From positions 13,098 to 77,097 of the forward strand of contig CAYXYF010000006.1 of NCBI GenBank assembly GCA_964469265.1: a DNA stretch of 64,000 nt, written 5' to 3'. Positions within the stretch are counted from its first letter, which is position 1. Every line of letters starts with the position of its first letter. The stretch comes from an uncultured Bdellovibrionales bacterium (GTDB lineage: Bacteria; Bdellovibrionota; Bdellovibrionia; Bdellovibrionales; JAEYZS01). The translations under genes and the position numbers were made by a program. Below, piece after piece: positions 19,667 through 28,350 of the stretch. The notes beneath the pieces were generated by a model. The model did no database searches. It had not been told where the DNA came from and was given only the letters and a program-made list of their open reading frames with translations.

Positions 19667-20641
19667 GTGAAAATAAAAGTTCTTATCACTGACCGATTTG
19701 CAATTGAGGGAGAAGCCAAGCTTATTCCTCACTTTGAAGTGCAAAGATCAGAAACACATAGACCAACAAATGAGGAACTCAAAGACGCAAAAGCACTTAT
19801 CATCCGCTCGCGAACCAAGATCACAAAAGAACTTCTAGATGCAGCTCCAGAACTAGAACTTATTATTACCAGTACCAGTGGTTATGACCATATTGATCTT
19901 GAACAAACCTCCAGTCGCAATATTAAAGTTTCCTATACTCCAGAGGCTAACAGCCAAAGCGCTGCCGAGATGGCCATACTTTTAATGCTTGCTTGCGCCA
20001 GAGAGATCAACCTTGCTGGCCAAATGATCCGCAATGGAAATTGGAAAAGAACAGAGATTAAAGGTTTTCAGCTTGCAGGAAAATCTTTGGGTATCGTAGG
20101 ACTTGGCAGAGTGGGATCTCGTGTTGCACGAACTGCTCACGCGATGGGAATGAAGGTCTTTGCTTATGATCCTTACAAAGAAGATCAAGCCTTCGTTGAT
20201 GCTCACGCACAAAGACTTGGGTACACAGAGTTGCTACGCCTGTGTCATGTTGTAAGCTACCATGTGCCTTCAACGAAAGAAACTTACCAGATGTTGAACC
20301 GAAGACTTTTTGAGGACATGTTGCCTGGAATGATTGCAATCAACACCTCAAGAGGTGATGTGTGGAATGAGCTTGATATCTTACACGGATTAACCATTGG
20401 CGTTCTTGAGCGTGCAGGACTTGATGTGTTTATAAAAGAACCACTGCCAAAGGATTCTGCGTTGATTTCACATCCTAAGATTGTCACCACACCACATATC
20501 GGCGCTACAACCGAGGAAGCATTTTTGGCCTCTAGCACTATGGCCGCTGACAAATGCATCGGCCATTTTAGAGATAAAACACTCTCAGACGAACTTCCCC
20601 CCGAATCTCCGTGGTGGAAGTACCAATTTCGGAGAAATTGA
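19667..20641 (+). CDS. D-isomer-specific 2-hydroxyacid dehydrogenase (3-phosphoglycerate dehydrogenase-like, no ACT domain)
   Basis: 324 aa. NAD fold GIVGLGRVGSRVA and catalytic-His region TPHIGATTEEA. GTG start. Confidence 0.8.
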   Translation: MKIKVLITDRFAIEGEAKLIPHFEVQRSETHRPTNEELKDAKALIIRSRTKITKELLDAAPELELIITSTSGYDHIDLEQTSSRNIKVSYTPEANSQSAAEMAILLMLACAREINLAGQMIRNGNWKRTEIKGFQLAGKSLGIVGLGRVGSRVARTAHAMGMKVFAYDPYKEDQAFVDAHAQRLGYTELLRLCHVVSYHVPSTKETYQMLNRRLFEDMLPGMIAINTSRGDVWNELDILHGLTIGVLERAGLDVFIKEPLPKDSALISHPKIVTTPHIGATTEEAFLASSTMAADKCIGHFRDKTLSDELPPESPWWKYQFRRN

Positions 20642-20685
20642 CAAATCAAGGTTGAAACCTCTGCCCGAGTCAGATACTTCTTGTA

Positions 20686-20766
20686 GGGCTTCCGCGCGAG
20701 ATTCTGTTCTCTACGTGAGGATTCGCGAAACTGGAGCAACGAAGAGCGAGGGCAAAAGTTAAGCCC
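20686..20766 (+). repeat. Diverged third copy (C) of the 10.8-11.0 kb intergenic element
   Basis: Shares ACGTGAGGATTC[C/G]CGAAAC (20713-20731), AGCAACGAAG (20735-20744) and GCGCGAG(G)ATT (20694-20703) with the A/B locus. Bounded by GGGCTT (20686-20691) and AAGCCC (20761-20766). Confidence 0.7.
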
Positions 20767-20784
20767 CCCACGAAAGGAAATAAG

Positions 20785-22080
20785 ATGTCAGGGATTGTTG
20801 TTGTCGGCGCACAATGGGGCGACGAAGGTAAAGGCAAAGTTGTCGACGTATTTTCTGCACAGGCAGATTACGTTGTACGCTATCAGGGTGGTGCGAACGC
20901 TGGTCATACACTCGTTGTCAACGGGAAGAAAACAATTCTCCACTTGATCCCGTCAGGAATTCTTCATCCGAAAGTGACATGTGTTATTGCCTCGGGTGTG
21001 GTGATTGATATTGAACTTATTTTAAACGAAATTCGCGCACTGAAAGCGTCGGGGTATATTGCAAGAGAAGGACAGCTTCTAATTTCTGATAGCGCGACGA
21101 TTATTCTTCCATATCATAAGGCCCTAGATCAAGCCCGTGAAGAAGCTTTAGGAAACGAAAAGATCGGTACAACTGGAAAAGGAATCGGACCTGCGTATGA
21201 GGATCGTGCGTCTCGTAGGGCGGTGCTTTTCCAAGACATATTTGATGAAAAAACCTTAAAAGAAAAAATCGTTAAATCTTTAGATGAAAAAAACTACCTT
21301 CTTGAAAAATACGGTAAACCAAAGATTTCTTCAGACGAGGTTCTGGCCTTAGCATTAAAATGTGCTGAAGAACTTAAGCCTTACCGATGTATGGATTCAT
21401 CCAACGTTATTTACAATGCCCTTCGTGCAAGAAAGCGAGTTCTCTTTGAGGGAGCACAAGGTACTCTTTTAGATTTACTTCACGGAACGTATCCGTTTGT
21501 CACATCTTCTGCGACAGTATCGGGCTCAGCATGTATTGGAAGTGGTATCGGACCAACAGACATCTCAAGAGTCATTGGAATTATGAAGGCCTACAACACG
21601 CGTGTGGGATCAGGTCCATTCCCGACAGAACTTGATACTGAAATCGGTGAAAAGATTCGGGAAGCTGGTGCAGAATTTGGATCAACAACAGGGCGTACAA
21701 GGCGTTGTGGATGGCTTGACTTGGTTGCATTGAAGTACGCGATCCGCATTAACGGTATCTCTTCACTTGCGATGATGAAATTGGACGTACTTGACGATTT
21801 TGATGAAATTTCCGTAGCGACACATTATGAAATTGATGGCAAAAAAGTGAATCAAATGCCGACTTCCCTTGACCTACTAAGCAAGGCAAAGCCTGTTTAT
21901 AAGACTTTTAAAGGCTGGAAAAAGAAAATAACCGAAGTCCGATCCGCAAGACAACTTCCGAAGGAAGTATCGGATTATGTTCACTTTATAGGCAACGAGC
22001 TAGGAATTCCAATCGATGTGATCTCGGTAGGCCCTGGCAGAGAACAAACTCTCTGGATAAAGCCGTTATTTACGGATTAA
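20785..22080 (+). CDS. purA: Adenylosuccinate synthetase
   Basis: 431 aa with GAQWGDEGKGK, GTTGKGIGPAYEDR and GSTTGRTRRCGWLD motifs. Confidence 0.95.
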   Translation: MSGIVVVGAQWGDEGKGKVVDVFSAQADYVVRYQGGANAGHTLVVNGKKTILHLIPSGILHPKVTCVIASGVVIDIELILNEIRALKASGYIAREGQLLISDSATIILPYHKALDQAREEALGNEKIGTTGKGIGPAYEDRASRRAVLFQDIFDEKTLKEKIVKSLDEKNYLLEKYGKPKISSDEVLALALKCAEELKPYRCMDSSNVIYNALRARKRVLFEGAQGTLLDLLHGTYPFVTSSATVSGSACIGSGIGPTDISRVIGIMKAYNTRVGSGPFPTELDTEIGEKIREAGAEFGSTTGRTRRCGWLDLVALKYAIRINGISSLAMMKLDVLDDFDEISVATHYEIDGKKVNQMPTSLDLLSKAKPVYKTFKGWKKKITEVRSARQLPKEVSDYVHFIGNELGIPIDVISVGPGREQTLWIKPLFTD

Positions 22081-22182
22081 TTCGAGAAAATCGCTTCAAA
22101 ATCGTTGACTCAGTTTCATCAAATACATTAACTTGTTTTTTCTCGTTTTCGGCCCATAAACGGCTGAATGGTTGGATTAAAT

Positions 22183-22258
22183 GGGCCAATAGCTCAGCTG
22201 GTAGAGCATATCCCTTTTAAGGATAGGGTCGCAGGTTCGAATCCTGCTTGGCTCACCA
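22183..22258 (+). tRNA. tRNA-Lys (anticodon UUU), CCA encoded
   Basis: Hand-folded cloverleaf: GGGCCAA/TTGGCTC acceptor, GCTC/GAGC D stem, TATCC-CTTTTAA-GGATA anticodon arm, GCAGG-TTCGAAT-CCTGC T arm. 76 nt. Confidence 0.95.
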
Positions 22259-22283
22259 TTTTTCCAAAAAAAATTTTATATAC

Positions 22284-22359
22284 GTTCCCATCGTCTAGTG
22301 GCCTAGGACACCACCCTTTCACGGTGGATACAGGGGTTCAAATCCCCTTGGGAACGCCA
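22284..22359 (+). tRNA. tRNA-Glu (anticodon UUC), CCA encoded
   Basis: Hand-folded cloverleaf: GTTCCCA/TGGGAAC acceptor, CCACC-CTTTCAC-GGTGG anticodon arm, AGGGG-TTCAAAT-CCCCT T arm. 76 nt. Confidence 0.95.
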
Positions 22360-22380
22360 ACTTTCATACAAACAAACAAA

Positions 22381-22405
22381 GCTCGCATTCATGCGGGCTT
22401 TTTTT
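22381..22405 (+). terminator. Rho-independent terminator after the tRNA pair
   Basis: GCTCGCAT-tc-ATGCGGGC followed by TTTTTTT (one G:U in the stem). Confidence 0.7.
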
Positions 22406-22472
22406 GTTTTACGGCAGATGATTTTCCCAAGGGTCTTTGAAGCCCAACGACGGTACTCCAGTGAAACTCGCG

Positions 22473-23306
22473 TCAAATTTTCCGCTGATCGACTAGCCTT
22501 CGCAGAATAAAGTAATAGTGATGCGGCAATATCTTTGAACTTGAACTTGCGCACATGATTGAAATTCTTAGACAGTTCTTTTTTCCAGTCAAAGTTTCGT
22601 ATTCGTCACCAAGGCCCATCATGTGACCTAGTTCGTGTGCGATGGTCTGTGGTCCCCACCTTCGTGACCAATTGACACTGTAGGGGCCTCTCGTCTTATC
22701 CAAGATATTTAAAGAGTAATGAGCTTGTCTTTTATCTTTCACGACTTCAAATAAAAACCTGTAGCTGAAATCAAGCTCAGGTCTGGAGTCATTCCAAAGA
22801 TCTTCAGCCTCCTGAATTCGCTTTTTAAAATTTTCAAGGTCCTTTCCCTTTGGATTTTTAAAATGAATTTTTACGCGAATAATTCGAGATTTAACGTCGT
22901 CTGACAGGATATCGTATTTGTAACTCATCGGCCAAAAACCAACATAGGTAATGGCCCCGCTCTGTAATTCTCTTTGATTCAGAAGTGCGCTATTGATTTT
23001 GTCTGGGTGTGGAAAAAGAGAGTAGGAGTCTTCTAAGTGCACACTAAATGACTTCATCGATTCGCTTTTCTTGGCCAAAAGCTCTTTTGAAAAAATTAAA
23101 TTATAAAGCCACAGATAATGATTTGGATTTCGTAAAGGAGTTAAATGAATTGAGGGTCGCTCGCGGTACATCTTTTCTGCAAGCTCTGGATCAAAATCAA
23201 AAGGCAATTCATGGTGAGCATTTAGGCCGCCATCTTCTGCAAAAGCCGGAAGACCTGCGCAAAAAACCATTATAACAAGTATTATCCCTCTCATAGCACC
23301 CCCCAT
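22473..23306 (-). CDS. Secreted zinc metalloprotease (HEXXH, metzincin-like)
   Basis: 277 aa. Signal peptide (..VFCAGLPAFA) and zinc site AHELGHMMGLGDEY. Confidence 0.65.
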   Translation of the reverse strand: MGGAMRGIILVIMVFCAGLPAFAEDGGLNAHHELPFDFDPELAEKMYRERPSIHLTPLRNPNHYLWLYNLIFSKELLAKKSESMKSFSVHLEDSYSLFPHPDKINSALLNQRELQSGAITYVGFWPMSYKYDILSDDVKSRIIRVKIHFKNPKGKDLENFKKRIQEAEDLWNDSRPELDFSYRFLFEVVKDKRQAHYSLNILDKTRGPYSVNWSRRWGPQTIAHELGHMMGLGDEYETLTGKKNCLRISIMCASSSSKILPHHYYFILRRLVDQRKI

Positions 23307-23370
23307 GCCCTTTGATTAGATGAAAATCTTGGGCATGAGTCAAGTGCACTGCTAGCGGTGTATTTGTGTT

Positions 23371-23934
23371 TTAGACGACTTGAATAGCTTCTTTTGTGTT
23401 TTTTAGAATTTGATCAATTTCATAGCGCCAGCTTTGCGGAAATTCTAGCTGATGGTCAGAATATCCATCGACTTTGTCTGGGCTGTATTCTAGCGTCACC
23501 GATTTTCCATTGGAAATCCTTCGAAATCGGACCGAATTTTTCGGAAGCTCATGATGACCATAGGAAATTAAACCTTTTCTCACAAACCTATCTTGTAGAC
23601 CTGGAAAGCCAGAGTCCGCCCATGCACCCGTGATATAACTAATGACATTTGATTTTGGACCTGTCGCGCGCTCAAGATTTGATTCAAATTCGACTGTAAT
23701 GTCTCCGCGCTGACATACACCATTTTCTGGATATAGAGTCTCAATGGCCCTTTTAGAAATCAAGTACGCCCCTGTGATCGCGTGACAAGCATGTCCTGAT
23801 AACTTGTAGCAGTCCATGAGTGTAATCTCAAAGTGACTCTCGTCTTCAGACCCTCCCAAGAACTCAGCAAATGGCTCGTACACTTTAATTGAAGTTGCTT
23901 TTGCAGACTCCGCTAAACTTTTGTTATATCCCAT
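23371..23934 (-). CDS. Hypothetical protein (weak FmdE-like G-H-x-C motif)
   Basis: 187-aa ORF. LSGHACHAITGAYL loosely recalls the GHxCPG segment of FmdE-type domains. No firm assignment. Confidence 0.4.
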   Translation of the reverse strand: MGYNKSLAESAKATSIKVYEPFAEFLGGSEDESHFEITLMDCYKLSGHACHAITGAYLISKRAIETLYPENGVCQRGDITVEFESNLERATGPKSNVISYITGAWADSGFPGLQDRFVRKGLISYGHHELPKNSVRFRRISNGKSVTLEYSPDKVDGYSDHQLEFPQSWRYEIDQILKNTKEAIQVV

Positions 23935-24078
23935 AACATCTCCTTTTTTACATTTCAGCGCGACCTTGGCGTTAAAACTCTTGCTTTTTTAACCTTCCCA
24001 AAATATCAATGCTTGAATTGTTGTATATTAGATGCAACATTAAAAAAGAAGAGTCAACTTCATCTTTGGAGATTCGAA

Positions 24079-25200
24079 ATGAAAAATCTTGCGCCCTATC
24101 AAATACTATTCCCCCTCGGAATATTCAGTGCCCTATTAGCAGTTGCCATCTGGTTTATCCAAGACCTTCACTGGTTCACAACGCCAGTGATGCTGGTTCA
24201 TGGAAAACTCGTCGTCGGTGGATTTTTATGGAGCTTTATCATGGGATTTTTGATGACAGCAGTTCCGAAAATGTCAGGCACTGCAAGCGCCAATACCTTC
24301 GAGAAACTCTTTGCCCTCACATTGATCATTCTACAGATTTTTAATTCGTGGAATATAGATGGGCGATTCTTTTATGGAACACAAATTGTACTGGTTCTGT
24401 TCTTGGCAGTATTTGCATTAAGAAGACTCATTGCTGCAAAAAAATCTGTTCCCGTTTTTTTCTCTCATATAGGTTTAGCTCTTGTGCTTGCCATTGCAGG
24501 TTCGGCTTACTATTACACTGGACGAACCCTAATGGGACTACACCTGTTTCATGTGGGCACAATCTTGATGTTGGTTCTTGGAATTGGCACGAGGTTCTTC
24601 TCGTTTTTGTCAGGCCTCCCTTCTGTATTTGAAACATCAAGCACACCTGCAACCCGCACACTTTTTCACGTTATGGCTTTAGGTATCGCGGGATTGTTAT
24701 TTATGGCGGGCGGCGGTCATTACTGGGCATACTTAGCATTAACCGTACTTCTTTCTTTTTACCTGACTATAATTTGGAAGATTCATCGTAAATCCGATAG
24801 ACCGTCCGCTCTCAAGTTTGCAGTTCGCATCGTCGCAGCGAGTATACCAGCGTCGTTTTTCTTATGCTGGCTCTATCCAATGCACGTTGTAACTTATCTT
24901 CATATTCTTTTCATCGGATGCTTTACTCTGATCACACTCGGTGTTGCAACTCGGGTCACACTTGCCCATGGATCTTACTCGACAGATCGTGAGATGAGCT
25001 CCAAAGCGCTTTGGGTTCTTGTTATCTGCATTGTTTTGGCCTTTTTAAGTCGTATATTTTACGGATACACATTGGGCGATTGGAAGAAGAGCTTCTTGCA
25101 CCTAGCTGGAACGTTTTGGTTTATTGGCCTCTCAGCATGGTGCTATGCTTTTTTCTTTAAAATGTTCAAACCAGGCGAACTTAAAAAACCATCTTGTTAG
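24079..25200 (+). CDS. Polytopic membrane protein, NnrS-like (putative NO-stress protein)
   Basis: The track ORF starts at a TTG (24013). The ATG at 24079 has GGAG 7 nt upstream. About 12 hydrophobic segments with conserved His residues. Immediately followed by an Rrf2 regulator, as for nnrS-nsrR pairs. Confidence 0.5.
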   Translation: MKNLAPYQILFPLGIFSALLAVAIWFIQDLHWFTTPVMLVHGKLVVGGFLWSFIMGFLMTAVPKMSGTASANTFEKLFALTLIILQIFNSWNIDGRFFYGTQIVLVLFLAVFALRRLIAAKKSVPVFFSHIGLALVLAIAGSAYYYTGRTLMGLHLFHVGTILMLVLGIGTRFFSFLSGLPSVFETSSTPATRTLFHVMALGIAGLLFMAGGGHYWAYLALTVLLSFYLTIIWKIHRKSDRPSALKFAVRIVAASIPASFFLCWLYPMHVVTYLHILFIGCFTLITLGVATRVTLAHGSYSTDREMSSKALWVLVICIVLAFLSRIFYGYTLGDWKKSFLHLAGTFWFIGLSAWCYAFFFKMFKPGELKKPSC

Positions 25201-25211
25201 AGGAATAAGCT

Positions 25212-25619
25212 ATGCGACTGACTGATCACACAGATTATTCTTTAAGAGTTTTGATGTACCTTAATCAAACAAAAGATTTAGCAACTCTTAAAGATTTATC
25301 AAAAAGTCTTGGCATTTCACGAAACAACCTGATTAAGGTCTCAGCGCAGCTTTCGGATCTTGGGTTGGTAGAAGCGACCAGAGGTGCATCTGGTGGTTTA
25401 AAAATTAAAGCCACGACTGGCAAAAAAACTCTCAAAGAAATTGTCGGCCAGACAGAGCAGCAATTCCGCATGGCGGAATGTTTTGTGAATAAAAATTCGA
25501 CTTGCACCTTTGTTCACTCCTGTAAGCTAAAAACAACACTTAAAGGTGCTCTGAACGCATTTTTAGACACGCTAGCAGATACCACCGTCGACGACATCAC
25601 GCCGCCCCGACCGCTTTAG
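25212..25619 (+). CDS. Rrf2-family transcriptional regulator (NsrR/IscR-like)
   Basis: MRLTDHTDYSLRVLMYL winged-helix N-terminus. Cys cluster C-x7-C-x5-C (ECFVNKNSTCTFVHSC). Confidence 0.85.
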   Translation: MRLTDHTDYSLRVLMYLNQTKDLATLKDLSKSLGISRNNLIKVSAQLSDLGLVEATRGASGGLKIKATTGKKTLKEIVGQTEQQFRMAECFVNKNSTCTFVHSCKLKTTLKGALNAFLDTLADTTVDDITPPRPL

Positions 25620-25705
25620 ATGACTTTCATCCAAAAGCTTCTTGGAAATTGATCGTTTTAATGCCATAAATAAATCCCGATTAATCACTAAAAAGGAACT
25701 CAGGT

Positions 25706-26155
25706 ATGAAATCAGTTACGGAATTTTGGAATATCAATCTCGTTAAAGGCCTTAAGGCAAAAGAAGCTCTTCTTGCAGAAGGAAAAACTCCTGAAGAAAT
25801 TCAAGCAAGCCTTGGCGAAACCTTTAAGCTCGAAGGTGATAAGCTAAAGCACTTTACAAATGCTTTAGAAGTCGCAAGCCAAAATCCTGAAAAACTGCAC
25901 AGAGTTCTTGTTGTGACGTTTTCTGAGGGTGAAAGCGTTCCTTCAAATGCAATTCAAGTGGACGATCACCATTACGTTCCTGCGTTTATTAAAGAACCAG
26001 CAGCAGCAACTGCATCTAAAGACGACGCTAAACCTGGTCGCAGAGGCGGACGATCTCCACGCGGACCTGGCGGCGGACAAAAAACGAAAACTTCTCCGTG
26101 GGGACTCACTCCAGAAGAAATCGCAGCAAAGAAGGGCGCTGGAAAGAAGGCCTAA
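25706..26155 (+). CDS. Hypothetical protein with an Arg/Gly-rich basic C-terminal tail
   Basis: 149 aa with tail ..KPGRRGGRSPRGPGGGQKTKTSPWGLTPEEIAAKKGAGKKA. Its stop overlaps the next start (TAATG). Confidence 0.5.
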   Translation: MKSVTEFWNINLVKGLKAKEALLAEGKTPEEIQASLGETFKLEGDKLKHFTNALEVASQNPEKLHRVLVVTFSEGESVPSNAIQVDDHHYVPAFIKEPAAATASKDDAKPGRRGGRSPRGPGGGQKTKTSPWGLTPEEIAAKKGAGKKA

Positions 26156-26577
26156 TGATTTGGGCAAAGAAACCAACCATCGAAGAACTCCAAAGAGCTT
26201 GCAAAGGAACCCTTTGTGAGCACCTTGGAATGGAGTTTATTGAATGTGGTGATGATTATCTGACGGCTAAAATGCCTGTCGATCATCGCACAATTCAGCC
26301 AGCAGGGCTTCTTCATGGCGGGGCTTCAGTCGCACTTGCCGAAACTCTTGGGAGTATTGCTTCAGTCCTTTGTATAAAATCAGAAAACAAAATGCCCGTG
26401 GGTGTAGAAATCAATGCCAACCATTTAAAAGCAACCACTTCGGGCTTCGTGGTTGGAAAAGTCACCCCCATTCGAAGAGGGCAGACTGTCCACGTCTGGA
26501 ATATTGAAATCCGAAATGAAAAAGGCGACCTCACCTGTGTGAGTCGCCTTACCGTTATGGTTGTTGATCGAAAATAA
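26155..26577 (+). CDS. Hotdog-fold thioesterase (PaaI/YbdB/DHNA-CoA hydrolase type)
   Basis: The internal ATG at 26155 gives MIWAKKPTIEELQ...GLLHGGASVALAETLGS. The track's longer 26098 start would overlap the previous gene. Confidence 0.75.
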   Translation: MIWAKKPTIEELQRACKGTLCEHLGMEFIECGDDYLTAKMPVDHRTIQPAGLLHGGASVALAETLGSIASVLCIKSENKMPVGVEINANHLKATTSGFVVGKVTPIRRGQTVHVWNIEIRNEKGDLTCVSRLTVMVVDRK

Positions 26578-26590
26578 AAACTGTTCTTTT

Positions 26591-27523
26591 TTAGTGAACT
26601 CTGACATTACCAGTAACATTTGTCACAGTTCCAGTGATTGAACCACCCTTTACATTCACGTTTCCTTTATGAGTATCAACGTACCCAAGGTTTCCATTTT
26701 CAACTCGGATATTCCCTCGGGTGTTGTAAGTGCTATTTAGACTGCCATCATAAACAACGGCATTTCCAGTGTGGCGTTCGATATCGCCGACACTACCACT
26801 ATGAACTGTCACATTACCTCTTTGATTGCGAACATATTGAATATCACCATTTACGACATTCACATTGCCTACGCCATTTCGAACTTCTCCGATGCTTCCG
26901 TTGTTAACTCGTAAATTCCCCACGTGACCATTGACCAAACAGACGTTTCCGCCATCGAGCAAAATATTTCCTTTTGAAGTTCGCTCTATCACGCCGACGT
27001 TCATGTTGCAGATTAACAAGTTACCAGTAACATCTTTAATATGATCAATTGAGGCACTTCCTATTCCCACTAATACAAGATTCCCTTTGGTATTTCTAAT
27101 TGAGACAATGTTTCCAGCTCTGACTTTCAGATTCCCCTTAAAGTTTTTGATTGTAGACCCATCGTCTAAAGCTAATAGGCTTTGCACGTTTTCAATGTAT
27201 CTGAGACATTCGTTTGAAGTTGCTACAAGATTGTTTGAGTCAGGGCACGTTACGGGAATGTTATCTTCACCTGGAGGAATAACATCATCTACGACATCGT
27301 CCCCGTCGTCTATGGGTTGTATGACTTCAGTATCTTCCCCTGGATTATTTTCTTGGTCCGCAATAGCCTCAAGATCTTCAGGAGAAAGATCTCCAAGGTC
27401 TGGGTCATAGCTGTTTAGCAAGCTGAATTGGCCCGAAGCATCCTCAAAAGAAATTTTGTTTCCTTCGTTTTGACACCCGACCATGGCCACCGCACAAATT
27501 AGAATTCCCAAATAGGTTTTCAT
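26591..27523 (-). CDS. Lipoprotein with an acidic linker and about 11 tandem 17-aa G-N-(V/L/I) repeats (beta-helix-like)
   Basis: 310 aa with lipobox AMVGC. D/E/P-rich segment, then repeats such as VRNGVGNVNVVNGDIQY / VRNQRGNVTVHSGSVGD / IERHTGNAVVYDGSLNS. Confidence 0.6.
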   Translation of the reverse strand: MKTYLGILICAVAMVGCQNEGNKISFEDASGQFSLLNSYDPDLGDLSPEDLEAIADQENNPGEDTEVIQPIDDGDDVVDDVIPPGEDNIPVTCPDSNNLVATSNECLRYIENVQSLLALDDGSTIKNFKGNLKVRAGNIVSIRNTKGNLVLVGIGSASIDHIKDVTGNLLICNMNVGVIERTSKGNILLDGGNVCLVNGHVGNLRVNNGSIGEVRNGVGNVNVVNGDIQYVRNQRGNVTVHSGSVGDIERHTGNAVVYDGSLNSTYNTRGNIRVENGNLGYVDTHKGNVNVKGGSITGTVTNVTGNVRVH

Positions 27524-27610
27524 GTATCACCTCGCTACAAGTATAAGTAGCAAGTCCGATACCGCTCTAGGTCGCCGAAACAGCTTAAAAGCCGACCAAA
27601 TGTGTTGAAC

Positions 27611-27643
27611 AAAAAAAAATGTGCAGTGATTGCACATTTTTTT
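27611..27643 (-). terminator. Rho-independent (bidirectional-looking) terminator after the 27691-28284 gene
   Basis: aaaaaaaaATGTGCA-gtgat-TGCACATtttttt. Confidence 0.7.
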
Positions 27644-27690
27644 GAAAAACAGATGTCTTAAATGAATACGTTAGCTCAACTCAGGTTTTA

Positions 27691-28284
27691 CTAAAAACCA
27701 ATATTGATAATTGGCGATACAACAAACAACCCTTTTCTATGAAAGTTGATAAGACCAATTTGTATCCCATGAAGGTCTGTTGCATCGTTAACAAGACCAA
27801 TTTGAAAACCGTGAACAGTGCGGGCCTTATTGTAAACTCCAATTTGTGCTCCGTAGATGCCTGTATGCCCACTTAAATTCACAAGAGCAGCCTGTATACC
27901 AACAACCGTTGAACTTGCTTTATTCATATTTAAAATACCAGCAAGCTGAAATCCATAAACCGTGGTTTTGTTTGTGTTCCAGTTAGCAACACCAGCAAGT
28001 TGGGTACCGATAGCAGTTGTGCTCCCCTCAGTCCAATTTAAAATACCTGCTGCTCCAATACCTGTAAACGTCTGCTTCGTTCTGTTCGCTACAACACCGA
28101 AATCAAAACCATAGACGCTTCTATGCGAGCCATACAAAAGATTCAACCGCAACCCAGTCACTGAGAAATCATCTGGTGGAAACTGCACAGGATTCACCAC
28201 TGAAACGCTCACAGGTGATACTGCTGCAAACAGCGGCGTTGATAATAAAAGAACTAATCCGAAAGAAAGTATTAATTTTGTCAT
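27691..28284 (-). CDS. Secreted or surface protein built of G-x-Q-(I/L)-(G/A)-x-x-N repeats
   Basis: 197 aa. Signal peptide (..STPLFAA) followed by repeats YGFQLAGILN / VGIQAALVN / YGAQIGVYN / HGFQIGLVN / HGIQIGLIN. Ends in ..INIGF. Confidence 0.55.
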   Translation of the reverse strand: MTKLILSFGLVLLLSTPLFAAVSPVSVSVVNPVQFPPDDFSVTGLRLNLLYGSHRSVYGFDFGVVANRTKQTFTGIGAAGILNWTEGSTTAIGTQLAGVANWNTNKTTVYGFQLAGILNMNKASSTVVGIQAALVNLSGHTGIYGAQIGVYNKARTVHGFQIGLVNDATDLHGIQIGLINFHRKGLFVVSPIINIGF

Positions 28285-28350
28285 AAATAATTGTTGCTTG
28301 ATGTTCTTTCAGAAATCAAACATCAATTCAACAAATGCCTATACTTTAAT

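Noticed and set aside
20284-20739. 151-aa ORF antisense to the SerA-like dehydrogenase, running into repeat copy C.
   Set aside because: It is fully antisense to a well-supported CDS with clear motifs. Its N-terminus (MLQFRESSRRE) is again just the repeat element translated.
22168-22440. 90-aa plus-strand ORF (and the antisense ORF 22303-22554) spanning the tRNA region.
   Set aside because: It is entirely accounted for by tRNA-Lys, tRNA-Glu and their terminator. It has no SD and its composition is driven by tRNA sequence.
22081-23306. Possible genomic island integrated at the tRNA-Lys/tRNA-Glu locus.
   Set aside because: No integrase, no direct repeat of a tRNA 3' end and no obvious compositional break by eye. 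The downstream genes look like ordinary chromosomal functions.
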